DNA from: a virus
DNA: 64,000 nucleotides
Strand: one strand, 5' to 3'
IMG/VR virus record: IMGVR_UViG_3300036792_000218
Location: 1-64,000 of that record
Part shown: one piece after another, positions 26,362 through 36,295 of the stretch
How the letters are laid out: each line of letters begins with the position of its first letter
How positions within the stretch are numbered: position 1 is the stretch's first letter
Made by a program: the position numbers and the translations under genes
Notes under the pieces: generated by a model
What the model saw: only the letters and a program-made list of their open reading frames with translations
What the model was told of the DNA's origin: nothing
Database searches by the model: none

Positions 26362-29052
26362 GTGTCCGTGACGATCCCGGTTCACAACTGGGCGGCGGTA
26401 GCACAGCCGGCCGGGTACGACGCGTACTCAAGCCAGCCGCTCGCCTGCATCGCCGGGAACTCCGGGACCGCCGGGAACTGGATGGTGGCGGTGTGGGCGG
26501 TGCGGCAGGAGCCGAGCGGCAACCCTGCAACCTGCGCGGTCGGCGACGACGCCCACAACTACTGGGAGCCGCTCGGCCCGCCGAACGGTGTCAGCAGCGC
26601 CTCAGGGGTGACCCGCTGCGGGATCTGGGTTTCCCGCAGTCCCCGCGCGGCGGGCAACGCGTACCTGTCGCCGACCAGCCCGGTCAAGGCGATGATCCTC
26701 ACGGTGTTCGAGGTGGCGGGGCTGACGCCGTGGGAGTCGCTTTCCGCGATCGTCACCAGCATGGCGAACGCGGCGACGGCACTCGGGTCGCTGAGCCTCC
26801 CGTCGCCGGGGGCGCCGGCGCTGCTGCTGACCGCCTGCGCGTCCGACAACTCGGCATCCACTGTTTCGCTCGGCGGGGCCGGCTGGTCGATGGTCACGGG
26901 CAGCACCCCGGCCATAACCAACGGCTCCGACCACACCGCCGACCTTGAGTTCCCGTGCATGTGGCAGGTCACCAGCGCGGCGGCCTCGCCCGCCTGGTCG
27001 GCGTCCCCGGCCGCGGACCTGTCCGGGTTCGCGGCGCTGATCCTCGTCACCGTTGCCGCCCCGGTCCCCGCGTCGCAGTCGTGGCCGATGGTGCAGCTTC
27101 TCGCCGGGTTCGGCTCCGGTGCGGGCACCCCGTGGGACCAGGTCACGTTCACCGACATCAGCGCCCGGTTCCAGAAGATGGGCACGCAGCGGGGCAAGCA
27201 ATACGAATTGGATACGGCGCAGGCCGGGACGGTCAACTTCGCGCTCAGCAATAACGACGGGGCGCTGACACCCGGCTACGCCAGTTCCCCGTACCAGCCT
27301 GAGGTGTACACGCCGGTCCTCGTGCTGGTCACCTGGCCGCCGCCTCCGAACGCCGCGGCGCGGCCGTACGCGGTGTTCCGCGGCTACATGGAACGCTGGC
27401 CGCAGGCGATCACCAAGACCCGCTACCAGGTGACCAACGCGGTCGCCAGTGACGTCCTCGCGCAGCTCACCCCGCTGTCGCTGACCGTCACCCGCGCGGA
27501 AATCCTGCTGGACAACCCCGCCGGGTACTGGCCGTGCGGTGACCCGGCCGGCAACACGACCGTGCAGAACCTCGCCCAGGGTTCCCAGCTCGTCATGCAG
27601 GTCACGCAGGCGAAAGGCGGCAACGGGGGCGCCACGCAGGCGTTCGGCGCGTCATCGGCGAGCCTGTGCGGCGACGGCGGCGCCACCTCCTGGTCCCAGT
27701 CCGGCCTCGGCGCCGGGGAAACCACCCAGGGCTACACCCTCCAGGTCACCTCCGGCAGCATGCCGTCGCTGGCGGCCGGTGTCACCCTTGAGGGCTGGTT
27801 CACCGTCGATAACACCGTCCAGCCCGCCACGGTCAACCTGCTCATGTCGCTCACCGGGCCGGCCGGGCCCGTGTTCCAGGTGATCCTCGCCCAGAGCACG
27901 GGGTTCCTTTACGTCCGCGCGTACGACAAGGTCACCCGCGCCATGACGCAGACGCTCGTCAGCAACCTGACGAGCTTCGCGAGCAGCGTCGGGTTCCACC
28001 TTGCCCTGACCCTCACGCAGACGGGCTGGCAGGTTTACATCAACGCCGGGGCCTTCCCCGGCGCCACCGGGTCCTGCAACCTCGCCCCCGGCTGGTACAC
28101 GCTGTCGTTCAACGGGCAGGCGACAAGGGCCGCGACCGGGGCGATGTTCAACGGGGTCCTCAGCGAGCTCGTCCTGTTCCCCGAGGTACTGGGCCAGGAC
28201 CGGATCGTCACCCACTACTGGGCGACGCTGCTCGGGCTGGCCGCCACCGACACGGCCGGCCGGCGCATCGACCGCCTGATGCTCGAGTCGGGCTGCGGGT
28301 ACCCGCGCGTCATCACCGCGACCACCAACGGGATACAGGGCGCGGTCGACCAGCAGGGGCAGCAGCTCGCGCAGAACATCGTGAACATGGCGGAGTCCGA
28401 CGGCGGGCTGCTGTTCGTCGACGGCCCCGGTTACGTGTTCTACATGGGCCGGGGCGCCGGGTACAACCTGCCGGTCACGGGCACGTTCGGGGAGAACACG
28501 GCGGCCGGCGAGTACCCGTACCTCGACGACATCGGGTTCGACGACGACCCCGCCCAGGTTTACAACGACATCACCCTGACCCAGTTGTCGGCGCCGCAGG
28601 TGATCGGCGCCGCGGACGTGTCCGCTGTCGTCACCCCGGTCAGCACCGCCGCGGTTGCCGCGAGCGTCGAGCAGTACGGTGACCAGACGCTGCAGCAGAC
28701 CAGCTACCTGTTCGACCTGCCGATCATCCAGGACAGCGCCAACTGGATTTTCTGGACCAACGGCACCCCGCAGATCCGCGTGGCGCAGCTGACCCTCGAC
28801 CCCGGCGCGAACCCCGCCCTGTGGCCGGTCGCGCTCGGCGTCGAGGTCGGGCAGGTGTACACCGTCAACCGGCGGCTAGGCGGAACCCAGGTCGTCATCA
28901 CGGGCGAGTTCCAGGTCATGAGCGTCGCCCACACCGTTCAGGGGCGACGCTGGCAGACGAAACTGACGCTGGTCACCTACCCCGGCGTCGTCCTGACCGC
29001 AGACGACAGCGTCCGCGGGCTGCTGAACGGGTCGAACCGGCTTTCCTGGTGA
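26362..29052 (+). CDS. minor tail protein with LamG-like domain
   Basis: Follows the tape measure; GTVNFALSNNDGALTP, PAGYWP, TLEGWF, FHLALT motifs. Confidence 0.8.
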   Translation: MSVTIPVHNWAAVAQPAGYDAYSSQPLACIAGNSGTAGNWMVAVWAVRQEPSGNPATCAVGDDAHNYWEPLGPPNGVSSASGVTRCGIWVSRSPRAAGNAYLSPTSPVKAMILTVFEVAGLTPWESLSAIVTSMANAATALGSLSLPSPGAPALLLTACASDNSASTVSLGGAGWSMVTGSTPAITNGSDHTADLEFPCMWQVTSAAASPAWSASPAADLSGFAALILVTVAAPVPASQSWPMVQLLAGFGSGAGTPWDQVTFTDISARFQKMGTQRGKQYELDTAQAGTVNFALSNNDGALTPGYASSPYQPEVYTPVLVLVTWPPPPNAAARPYAVFRGYMERWPQAITKTRYQVTNAVASDVLAQLTPLSLTVTRAEILLDNPAGYWPCGDPAGNTTVQNLAQGSQLVMQVTQAKGGNGGATQAFGASSASLCGDGGATSWSQSGLGAGETTQGYTLQVTSGSMPSLAAGVTLEGWFTVDNTVQPATVNLLMSLTGPAGPVFQVILAQSTGFLYVRAYDKVTRAMTQTLVSNLTSFASSVGFHLALTLTQTGWQVYINAGAFPGATGSCNLAPGWYTLSFNGQATRAATGAMFNGVLSELVLFPEVLGQDRIVTHYWATLLGLAATDTAGRRIDRLMLESGCGYPRVITATTNGIQGAVDQQGQQLAQNIVNMAESDGGLLFVDGPGYVFYMGRGAGYNLPVTGTFGENTAAGEYPYLDDIGFDDDPAQVYNDITLTQLSAPQVIGAADVSAVVTPVSTAAVAASVEQYGDQTLQQTSYLFDLPIIQDSANWIFWTNGTPQIRVAQLTLDPGANPALWPVALGVEVGQVYTVNRRLGGTQVVITGEFQVMSVAHTVQGRRWQTKLTLVTYPGVVLTADDSVRGLLNGSNRLSW

Positions 29053-29072
29053 ACGGCGGGGGGCGGTGAAAG

Positions 29073-30182
29073 ATGGGTAACCCGACCGTCCCCAGCCCGT
29101 TTACGTGGGTGCCCGGGCCTGTCCCCGTGTGGGGGCTGCGCGACGTCTCCAACGCCGTCAGCTTCCTGTCCGGGCCGCCGCTGTTCATGGGCTACAGCAC
29201 GTCGTTCAGCGTGCCGACCGGCCCGACCACGCCCGTGACCCTGGACACCGAGGCGGTGGACACGTGGGGCGGGCACACGCCGCCGGGAGCCCCCTACTTC
29301 TGCTGTGCGCCTGGCTGGCACCTGGTCACCGCCGCCGCCCAGTTCACCTACACGACCGCGACCGCGAAGGACTTCTCCGTGCTCCTCCAGGCGGGCAACG
29401 GGGTGACCGTGTCGCTCACCCTCCAGGGCGAGCAGGTCGCCGGCGGGTCCGGCCAGAACCCGTGCGCGAGCGCCGCCGACCTCGTGCAGCTCGTCAACGT
29501 CGGCGCGGACTTCGTTCAGATGGCAGGACGGCAGGACAGCGGCAGCGCGTCGGCGCTGGCCGGGAACCCGTACATGTCGGCCCGCTGGGTGTGCGCGAAC
29601 TCGGGGACCGCCGGGCTGGCCGTCCCCGCGAACGCGGCGTGGCCGGTGCCGCCGGCGTACGTCACGAGCGCGTTCCTGAACGCGAACATCCGCGACGCGA
29701 TCAGGTTCCTCACCTACCCGCCGATTTTCCGGGGCTACTACGCCGGGTCAGGCAACACCCTCCCGTCGCAGGCGTTCCCCGCCGGGACCGTGATCCCCCT
29801 CGACACCACCACGGGCAGCACCGTCGCCGGCGGCCCTGCGGTCGACAACTACAGCGGCTGGAATTCCGGCGGCAACTACTGGACCGCACCCGTCGCCGGC
29901 GTTTACGCCGTCTACGGGCAGGTCGCGGTGTCGACCTTCGCGGCGAACGGCACGCTAGCCGCCGGGTTCTCCGTCAACGGGACCGCCCAGTGGCTCAAGT
30001 CGTACTTCACCCAGACCGCCGCGGTTCCCCGTTCGGCGCTGGCCGCCCGGAAAATCAGGCTCAGCGCCGGCGACAGGGTGCAGCTCGTGGGATCGCAGAA
30101 CTCCGGAAGCAGCCTGGCGCTGGAAGGATCGGGCACCGCCGCTGTCTTCAACAAGCTGATCATCGTGTGGGAGTCCGCGTGA
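29073..30182 (+). CDS. minor tail protein (C1q-like beta domains)
   Basis: WTAPVAGVYAV, LSAGDRVQL; repeated LRD.V.FL..PP.F unit. Confidence 0.7.
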   Translation: MGNPTVPSPFTWVPGPVPVWGLRDVSNAVSFLSGPPLFMGYSTSFSVPTGPTTPVTLDTEAVDTWGGHTPPGAPYFCCAPGWHLVTAAAQFTYTTATAKDFSVLLQAGNGVTVSLTLQGEQVAGGSGQNPCASAADLVQLVNVGADFVQMAGRQDSGSASALAGNPYMSARWVCANSGTAGLAVPANAAWPVPPAYVTSAFLNANIRDAIRFLTYPPIFRGYYAGSGNTLPSQAFPAGTVIPLDTTTGSTVAGGPAVDNYSGWNSGGNYWTAPVAGVYAVYGQVAVSTFAANGTLAAGFSVNGTAQWLKSYFTQTAAVPRSALAARKIRLSAGDRVQLVGSQNSGSSLALEGSGTAAVFNKLIIVWESA

Positions 30183-30207
30183 TGCCGGGCGGTCAGGGCG
30201 GCCGGCG

Positions 30208-30729
30208 ATGACGCTCTCAGCTCCTGTCGTCCCGTCATTCCCCGCCGGGTACGGGCCGCTGCCCGCCGACTTCAACAACTGGGTTCAGGCGCCGCTCGCC
30301 GCGCTGACGTCACGGGTCGTGTTCCGTGCGGTGAAAACCAGCTCGCAGACCCTCGCCGCCGGCAACAACACGATCCAGTTCAACAGCATCCTGGAAGACC
30401 CCTACAGCGGCTGGAACCCCTCCACGTTCACGTGGACGCCGCCGGCGGCCTGGTCGGGAACCTACGTCGTCAGGGCCGGGATCGTCACCGGGGGCACCGC
30501 CGGGGGCCGCATAGGCGTCCTCGTCGGCCTCAACGGCAGCGCCCTCTACACGCTGGACACCATATGGACTTCGACCAGCGTCGCGAACTCCGCGTGCGGG
30601 GAAGCGCCCGTGCAGCTCGTCGGGGGGCAGGACCAGGTATCCGTGATCGGTTACTCCACGGTAGCCGTCAACGTGGGCACCCTCGCCGGCGAGGAATGCA
30701 CCTGCGAGATCACGTGGTACTCAAACTGA
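30208..30729 (+). CDS. minor tail protein (C1q-like)
   Basis: EDPYSGWN...WTPP...GTYVV resembles the preceding gene. Confidence 0.7.
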   Translation: MTLSAPVVPSFPAGYGPLPADFNNWVQAPLAALTSRVVFRAVKTSSQTLAAGNNTIQFNSILEDPYSGWNPSTFTWTPPAAWSGTYVVRAGIVTGGTAGGRIGVLVGLNGSALYTLDTIWTSTSVANSACGEAPVQLVGGQDQVSVIGYSTVAVNVGTLAGEECTCEITWYSN

Positions 30730-30745
30730 CCGGGGGTGACCGCGC

Positions 30746-32002
30746 GTGGCGCTGCTAACAGTCGAGGTGACGGGCACGTTCACCGACGGGAGCGGCGAGC
30801 CGCTTGCGGGCACTGCCACGTTCACGCCGACGTCGACGGTCTACGCGGGCGGCGTGCCGGTCCTGCAGCCAGACGCTCCCGTTACCGCGCAGATCACGGA
30901 CGGGCAGCTCAAGGCGCCGTCGGGTGACCCGCTGACGCTGACCGCGACCGACAACGACGGCCTGACGGTGGAGGGGCTGACGGGATGGTGGGCGTGGAAC
31001 GCCCAGGTCACGGTGAGCGGGCAGGTACAGCCGCCCTGGTCGTTCTTCCTGCCTTACTCGTCCTCCCCGGTTGACCTGACGTCACTGGTGAACTCGCCGG
31101 CCAGCGGCGGCGGCTCCGGCACGGTCACCAGCGTCAACCACGTCGACCCCGACGGGTCGGGCAACGTCACCCTCACGGCCGCCCAGGTCGGCGCGGACGC
31201 CTCCGGTGCGGCGGCGGCAGCGCTGTCGGCCGCCGAGACGTACGCGGCCGGCGTGGCGTCGGCGGCGCAGTCCAACGCGGAGACTTACGCGGCGGCGCAG
31301 GCCAGCGCCGCGCAGTCCGCGGCCGAAGCCGCATCGGACCCGGCCGGGGCCGCCGCGACAGCCCAGGCGAACGCGGAGACGTACGCGGCCGGGGCGGTCT
31401 CGGCCGAGACGACGCGCGCTGAGACGGCCGAGGGACTGCTGATCCCCCTGACGCAGCGAGGCGCTAACTCCGGTGTCGCCACGCTCGACACCGGCGGTCA
31501 CGTTCCCACCGGGCAGCTTCCCGCCGCGACGACCGGCGCGCAGGGCGCGGTGCAGCTCGACGGGACCGCGGGCGACATCCAGCCGGTAGGCACCGCGGCC
31601 GCGGCCGGATCGGTCGGCAAGGTGGCCGACGCCGGGCACGTCCACGCGGGCCTGTCCAAGGTCACCGCGACGCCCCTGGCCGGCTACACGCTGGTCAACG
31701 GCACCGGCACCGTGTCGGGCATGACGTGGACGTCGCCGAACGACGGCCAGATGCACATGATCCTGGTGACCGCCAACATAGACGTCACCTCAAATGAGAC
31801 GGGCGGCGCGATCGGTGTCTCGCTCACGTCACCGAACGGTGTAACGCACGTTCCCGGTGTCTACGCCGCCGGCCTCAGCGCAGGGTTCGCCTACTTCACC
31901 ATGGCGTACTTCGTCGAGCCGAACACGACCGTGACGCTACAGCAGACGACCGCGCTCACCGCAGGCGCGGCGACGCTGTGGGCCGCGATCTGGGCACTCT
32001 AG
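30746..32002 (+). CDS. tail fibre / receptor-binding protein 1
   Basis: VTSVNHVDPDGSGNVTLTAAQVGA, GVATLD, DAGHVH fibre motifs. Confidence 0.8.
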   Translation: MALLTVEVTGTFTDGSGEPLAGTATFTPTSTVYAGGVPVLQPDAPVTAQITDGQLKAPSGDPLTLTATDNDGLTVEGLTGWWAWNAQVTVSGQVQPPWSFFLPYSSSPVDLTSLVNSPASGGGSGTVTSVNHVDPDGSGNVTLTAAQVGADASGAAAAALSAAETYAAGVASAAQSNAETYAAAQASAAQSAAEAASDPAGAAATAQANAETYAAGAVSAETTRAETAEGLLIPLTQRGANSGVATLDTGGHVPTGQLPAATTGAQGAVQLDGTAGDIQPVGTAAAAGSVGKVADAGHVHAGLSKVTATPLAGYTLVNGTGTVSGMTWTSPNDGQMHMILVTANIDVTSNETGGAIGVSLTSPNGVTHVPGVYAAGLSAGFAYFTMAYFVEPNTTVTLQQTTALTAGAATLWAAIWAL

Positions 32003-32018
32003 GCGGGAGGCGCCGCAC

Positions 32019-33920
32019 GTGCTTTCCTACACGGAGATAACCGGGACGTTCGCCGACGGCGGCGGCAACCGGCTATCCGGTACCGCCGAGTTCACCGTGA
32101 ACACGACGCTCTACTCCCCGGGCGGGCCGGTGTTCCAGCCGGACGTCCCGATTCAGGCGGTGATCACCGGCGGCGAGCTCCAGTCGCTGTCAGGGGGCCC
32201 GCTCCGGCTCCTTGACCTGGCCAGCGCGGGCCTGGAAATGGCCGGGCAAACCGGGTTCTGGTTCTGGACCGCCTGCGTTACCGTCGCCGGGCAGGTGCTC
32301 CCGCCGTGGAGTTTCTTCCTCGAGCATTCCGCTACGCCCGTTGACCTGTACTCACTTGCCGATACCGGCTCCGGGGGCGGCGGCGGCGGATCGGGCACCG
32401 TCACCAGCGTCAACCACGTCGGCCCCGACGGGTCGGGCAACGTCACCCTCACGGCCGCCCAGGTCGGCGCGGACGCGTCGGGTGCCGCTGCCGCCGCGCA
32501 GTCAGCCGCGGAGACCTACGCGGCGGGCGCGGCATCGGCGGCGCAGTCGGCCGCCGAGGCGGCATCGGACCCCGCCGGGTCTGCCGGCGCAGCGCAGGCG
32601 GCCAGCCTCCAGAAGTCGGCGAACCTGTCCGACCTGGCGAACGCCGCGACGGCACGCGGGAACCTCGGTCTCGGGTCGGCCGCCACGCAGCCGTCTAGCG
32701 CGTTCGACGCGGCGGGGGCCGCCGCAGCGGCACAGTCCGCAGCCGAGGCCGCATCGGACCCGGCGGGTTCCGCCTCGACGGCACAGGCCGCGAGCCTCCA
32801 GAAGCTGGCCAACCTGTCTGACCTGGCAAGCACGGCAACCTCCAGGACGAACCTCGGGCTCGGGTCAGCCGCTGTGCACCCGGCGACGGACTTCGACGTG
32901 GCCGGGGCTGCGGCGGCGGTGGCAAGCGCTATCGCGGCCGAGCTCGGTGCCGCCAGCGGCATCGCCACACTGGACGTCTCCGGCCACCTGACCGCCTCGC
33001 AACTCACCGCGGCGATCGTGGCCGCCGTCGGCGCGCTGCTCGCCGGCAACAACCTCAGCGACCTCGCGAACGCCGCCACGGCACGCGGGAACCTCGGTCT
33101 CGGGTCGGCGGCGACGCAGCCCAGCAGCGCGTTCGACACGGCCGGGGCGGCGGCAACGGCACAGGCCGCGAGCCTTCAGAAGTCGGCGAACCTTTCCGAC
33201 CTGGCCAGCGCCGCGACCTCCAGGACGAACCTCGGGCTCGGCACCGCGGCGACGCAGAACAGCGGCGCTTTCGACGCGGCCGGGGCCGCCGCAGCGGCGC
33301 AGGCGGCGGCTGAGGCGGCATCACTGCCCTCAACCGATGACCTGTCCGCGATCGCGAACGCCAACCCTGCAGCCGCGAACGTGCCGATGAACAGCAAGAA
33401 GTTCACCGGCGTGGCCAACGGCTCCGCGGCTACCGACTCGGCCGCGTTCGGGCAGATCCCGGTGGTCGACTCAACCGCTGGCGACATCCAGCCGGTAGGC
33501 ACGGCGGCGGCGGCCGGGGCGGTCGGCAAGGTGGCCGACGCCGGCCACGTGCACAAGGGCTTCGCCAAGCTCGCCACGACGGGGACCGCAGGGTTCGCGC
33601 TGCAGAACGCCACCCCGAACGTCATCTCCTGGACGGCACCAAACGACGGCGCCGTGCACATGTTCGTCGCGGTCAGCGTGGTGCACGTGACCAGTGCTGA
33701 AACGGGCGGCACGATCCAGGTCATCTACCAGTCGCCGACCTCCGGGGCCGGCAACCACTTCTCGCAGCTCCTCGCCGGCGGCCTCGGTACCGACGTCAAC
33801 GGGCAGACCGGCACCACGATCTTCGCGCTTGTCCAGCCGGGGACCACCGTCACTATCCAGCAGACCGCGGCGCTCACCGCGGGCGCCGCAACCTTGGTCG
33901 CGGAGCTGTGGGGCAACTGA
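32019..33920 (+). CDS. tail fibre / receptor-binding protein 2 (paralog)
   Basis: Same N- and C-terminal architecture as 30746..32002; four NLSDLA.AAT.R.NLGLG repeats. Confidence 0.8.
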   Translation: MLSYTEITGTFADGGGNRLSGTAEFTVNTTLYSPGGPVFQPDVPIQAVITGGELQSLSGGPLRLLDLASAGLEMAGQTGFWFWTACVTVAGQVLPPWSFFLEHSATPVDLYSLADTGSGGGGGGSGTVTSVNHVGPDGSGNVTLTAAQVGADASGAAAAAQSAAETYAAGAASAAQSAAEAASDPAGSAGAAQAASLQKSANLSDLANAATARGNLGLGSAATQPSSAFDAAGAAAAAQSAAEAASDPAGSASTAQAASLQKLANLSDLASTATSRTNLGLGSAAVHPATDFDVAGAAAAVASAIAAELGAASGIATLDVSGHLTASQLTAAIVAAVGALLAGNNLSDLANAATARGNLGLGSAATQPSSAFDTAGAAATAQAASLQKSANLSDLASAATSRTNLGLGTAATQNSGAFDAAGAAAAAQAAAEAASLPSTDDLSAIANANPAAANVPMNSKKFTGVANGSAATDSAAFGQIPVVDSTAGDIQPVGTAAAAGAVGKVADAGHVHKGFAKLATTGTAGFALQNATPNVISWTAPNDGAVHMFVAVSVVHVTSAETGGTIQVIYQSPTSGAGNHFSQLLAGGLGTDVNGQTGTTIFALVQPGTTVTIQQTAALTAGAATLVAELWGN

Positions 33921-33984
33921 CGACCCGCCGCCGCTCACGGCACGTATCACCTGATGATCATCGCGTAAGGCGGGAGGCGCGCGT

Positions 33985-34374
33985 GTGCTGCTGTGGCTGG
34001 CCGTCACCGGCCCCGGAACGAGCGTCACCCCGATCGACACGGCATCCGACAGCATCACCGGGTACATCCTCGGTTTCGGGCCGCTCGGGATTATCGCCCT
34101 CGCCCTGGCATGGCTGCTGTTCCGCGGCTGGCGGCTCGTGTCACCCGAAGGGGCGGCCACGATCCGGGCGGAAGGCCGCGCGGACCTGATCGCCGAACGG
34201 GACCGCCTGCTAGACGAGAAGCACGCCGCCGAGCGGGAGCGTGACGAGGCGTCCAAGGTGGCCCGTGACCTCGCCCCGCTGCTGTCGTCATTCATCGCGA
34301 GCACGGGCGCGCTGATCCCGATCCTCCAGGGCATCATCGCCACCGGGCGCGGACGGGGAGGCGGCACCCCTTGA
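33985..34374 (+). CDS. putative holin / membrane protein
   Basis: TM segment GYILGFGPLGIIALALAWLLF plus coiled coil; first gene of the lysis region. Confidence 0.6.
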   Translation: MLLWLAVTGPGTSVTPIDTASDSITGYILGFGPLGIIALALAWLLFRGWRLVSPEGAATIRAEGRADLIAERDRLLDEKHAAERERDEASKVARDLAPLLSSFIASTGALIPILQGIIATGRGRGGGTP

Positions 34375-34616
34375 CCGATCCCGAAGACCTCGAGAAAGCC
34401 GAACGGGTGCAGGCTCAAGCCGCCGGGTTGAACCTCGAAGGTGTCGCCGAGCTCGCCGCCCAGGCCGTGGCCCACGGCGGGACCCCGGACATGCCTATCG
34501 GTGAGGTCCGCGACCTCGCCAGGACCGCCGTTGAGCAGGCCAGGAGCGTGACGGCCCTGCTTGAGCGCCTGTCGGCCTTGCTCGCACCGCCCCAGCCGCC
34601 GGGGGGTGACCAGTGA
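34371..34616 (+). CDS. hypothetical protein
   Basis: TTGA coupling, GGGGAGG RBS. Confidence 0.6.
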   Translation: MTDPEDLEKAERVQAQAAGLNLEGVAELAAQAVAHGGTPDMPIGEVRDLARTAVEQARSVTALLERLSALLAPPQPPGGDQ

Positions 34617-34746
34617 GCGCAGCCGATGTCAAGGGCGGCGCCGAGCTCAAGGACGTCCTCGCCGAACTCGAAACGCTCATGGGCTCACTGCGGGTCAACG
34701 TCGACACGCTGCAGGCCATCCTGACCGAACCGGAGGTGCCCGATGA
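34613..34746 (+). CDS. small hypothetical protein
   Basis: GTGA overlap upstream and ATGA overlap downstream; exact boundaries approximate. Confidence 0.4.
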
Positions 34747-35306
34747 CGCCAGAGCCTGACCCGGACACCACGGAAACCGAGCTGCTGCCACCGGACCCGT
34801 CGGACCCGCTGGCCACCGCCCGGTACCTCGGCGCGTCAATGATCCGCATGGCGGCGCAGCTGAAAGCGTCGACGACGGCGAGCGAGGACCGTGACGCGAA
34901 GCTTGACCGGTACGCGCGCCGCAGCCGCCTGTACATCTGCATCGACGTCTTCCTGACCCTCGCGCTCGCCGGGATGGGCTTCTGGGTGAGCAGCACGTCG
35001 GAGCGGGCCAGCTCGGCGAGCACCAGCGCGGCGGCGGCCAACGCGAGGGCCGCCGCGGTGACCGCCGTCGAGCAGGCGCAGCACGCCGAGGCGGTCAGCG
35101 GGTGCGTGAGCGGCAATCAGTACCGCGCCGGGGTGGTCGTCTCACTGGACCGGCTGGTGATGCTCCTTGAAGGCCCCCACCCCACCGCCGTGATACGGAA
35201 GGCAGCCGTCGGCTACGAGCGGTACGTGCTGTCGAAGAACGAGCCGAGGGACTGCGCGGCCTCCTACTCGCTACCCAAGCCGAAGGAGACCGCTAGTGCC
35301 AAGTGA
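34743..35306 (+). CDS. membrane protein (lysis region)
   Basis: Single TM LYICIDVFLTLALAGMGFWV; GGAGG RBS. Confidence 0.65.
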   Translation: MTPEPDPDTTETELLPPDPSDPLATARYLGASMIRMAAQLKASTTASEDRDAKLDRYARRSRLYICIDVFLTLALAGMGFWVSSTSERASSASTSAAAANARAAAVTAVEQAQHAEAVSGCVSGNQYRAGVVVSLDRLVMLLEGPHPTAVIRKAAVGYERYVLSKNEPRDCAASYSLPKPKETASAK

Positions 35307-35778
35307 CGACGTCGCCGCGCACGACCAGGCCGAGGGGCATCACTACCTGATGCACTTCCCGCCGCACCCGGCGCGCGAGGACGACCCGCACTACGCCGAC
35401 TTCGACCACTATCACCGCAAGACGCGGGCAGCCGCGCGGTGCTTCATCGGCGAGCGGATCGGGTTCGGTGACTGCAAGGACGCCCAGTGCAAGCCGTGCC
35501 CGCCACCCGCCGGCGGCGGCGAGCAGCCGGGTCTGGAACTCCATCACGCGCACGTCGAGTTCAGCCTTCAGAACGGCGTTGACCTCGCGGCACTGGAGAA
35601 GGACTACCCCGGCATCTCCGACCCGTCGCAGGTCGGGGCATGGGTCGAGTCGGATGCGAACTTCCGCTGGCTCTGCGCCTGGCATCATCGCGGCGCGGCC
35701 GGGGCCCACACCGCGTCGCACAGTGACTGGGAGGCCTCGCAGTACGTGCAGGGCCTGATCACGGCCGCGCCCAAGTGA
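35296..35778 (+). CDS. HNH-like protein
   Basis: C...LELHHAHVE...N..WLCAWHH...GAH pattern. Confidence 0.55.
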   Translation: MPSDDVAAHDQAEGHHYLMHFPPHPAREDDPHYADFDHYHRKTRAAARCFIGERIGFGDCKDAQCKPCPPPAGGGEQPGLELHHAHVEFSLQNGVDLAALEKDYPGISDPSQVGAWVESDANFRWLCAWHHRGAAGAHTASHSDWEASQYVQGLITAAPK

Positions 35779-35873
35779 CCTGGCGCTGTTACCGCTGCGA
35801 TCGCCCGTTCGCCCACGCCCGGTTCCTGGTCACGCACCTGATCGAGATCCACGGGGAAGGGGCGGCCAGGTGA
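35775..35873 (+). CDS. C2H2 zinc-finger microprotein (32 aa)
   Basis: WRCYRCDRPFAHARFLVTHLIEIH; GTGA coupling at both ends. Confidence 0.65.
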   Translation: MTWRCYRCDRPFAHARFLVTHLIEIHGEGAAR

Positions 35874-36286
35874 ACCGGCTAGGCGACGTCGGGGAAGTCA
35901 CCCAGACGATCCTCTACACGCCCGAGCTCAACGCGCGGGGTGTCTACGGGAATTGCCTCCAGGCGGCTGTAGCGAGCGCGCTCGGCGTGGACCTGGACGC
36001 GGTGCCGCACTTCGGGGCGTTCGCCTGGTGGGAGCCGGCGGCGCGGCTGTGGCTCCGTGGCCGGGGCCTTGACTGGCGCATGGTTAGCGGTATCCCGCCG
36101 GGCCGGTCGATCGTGGTCGGCCCGACCGTCCGGGAAACCGGAGAGCACGCGGTCGTCGGTGATGACGGGCGGATCGTCTGGGACCCTCACCCGTCACGCG
36201 CCGGGCTGACCGCCGTCAAGCGGTCGTACGTGCTCGAGGAATGGCCCGGCGCGGAGCCGAGCGGCTGCGTCTGCTGCGACGGCTAG
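35870..36286 (+). CDS. hypothetical protein, possible papain-fold peptidase
   Basis: GNCLQAAVAS...HAVV...WDP gives Cys-His-Asp order. Confidence 0.55.
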   Translation: MNRLGDVGEVTQTILYTPELNARGVYGNCLQAAVASALGVDLDAVPHFGAFAWWEPAARLWLRGRGLDWRMVSGIPPGRSIVVGPTVRETGEHAVVGDDGRIVWDPHPSRAGLTAVKRSYVLEEWPGAEPSGCVCCDG

Positions 36287-36295
36287 GGGGCAGCC

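Noticed and set aside
30746-33920. Diversity-generating retroelement (TR/VR pair)
   Set aside because: No reverse transcriptase in the window, and both repeat copies lie in coding paralogs away from the C-terminal tips
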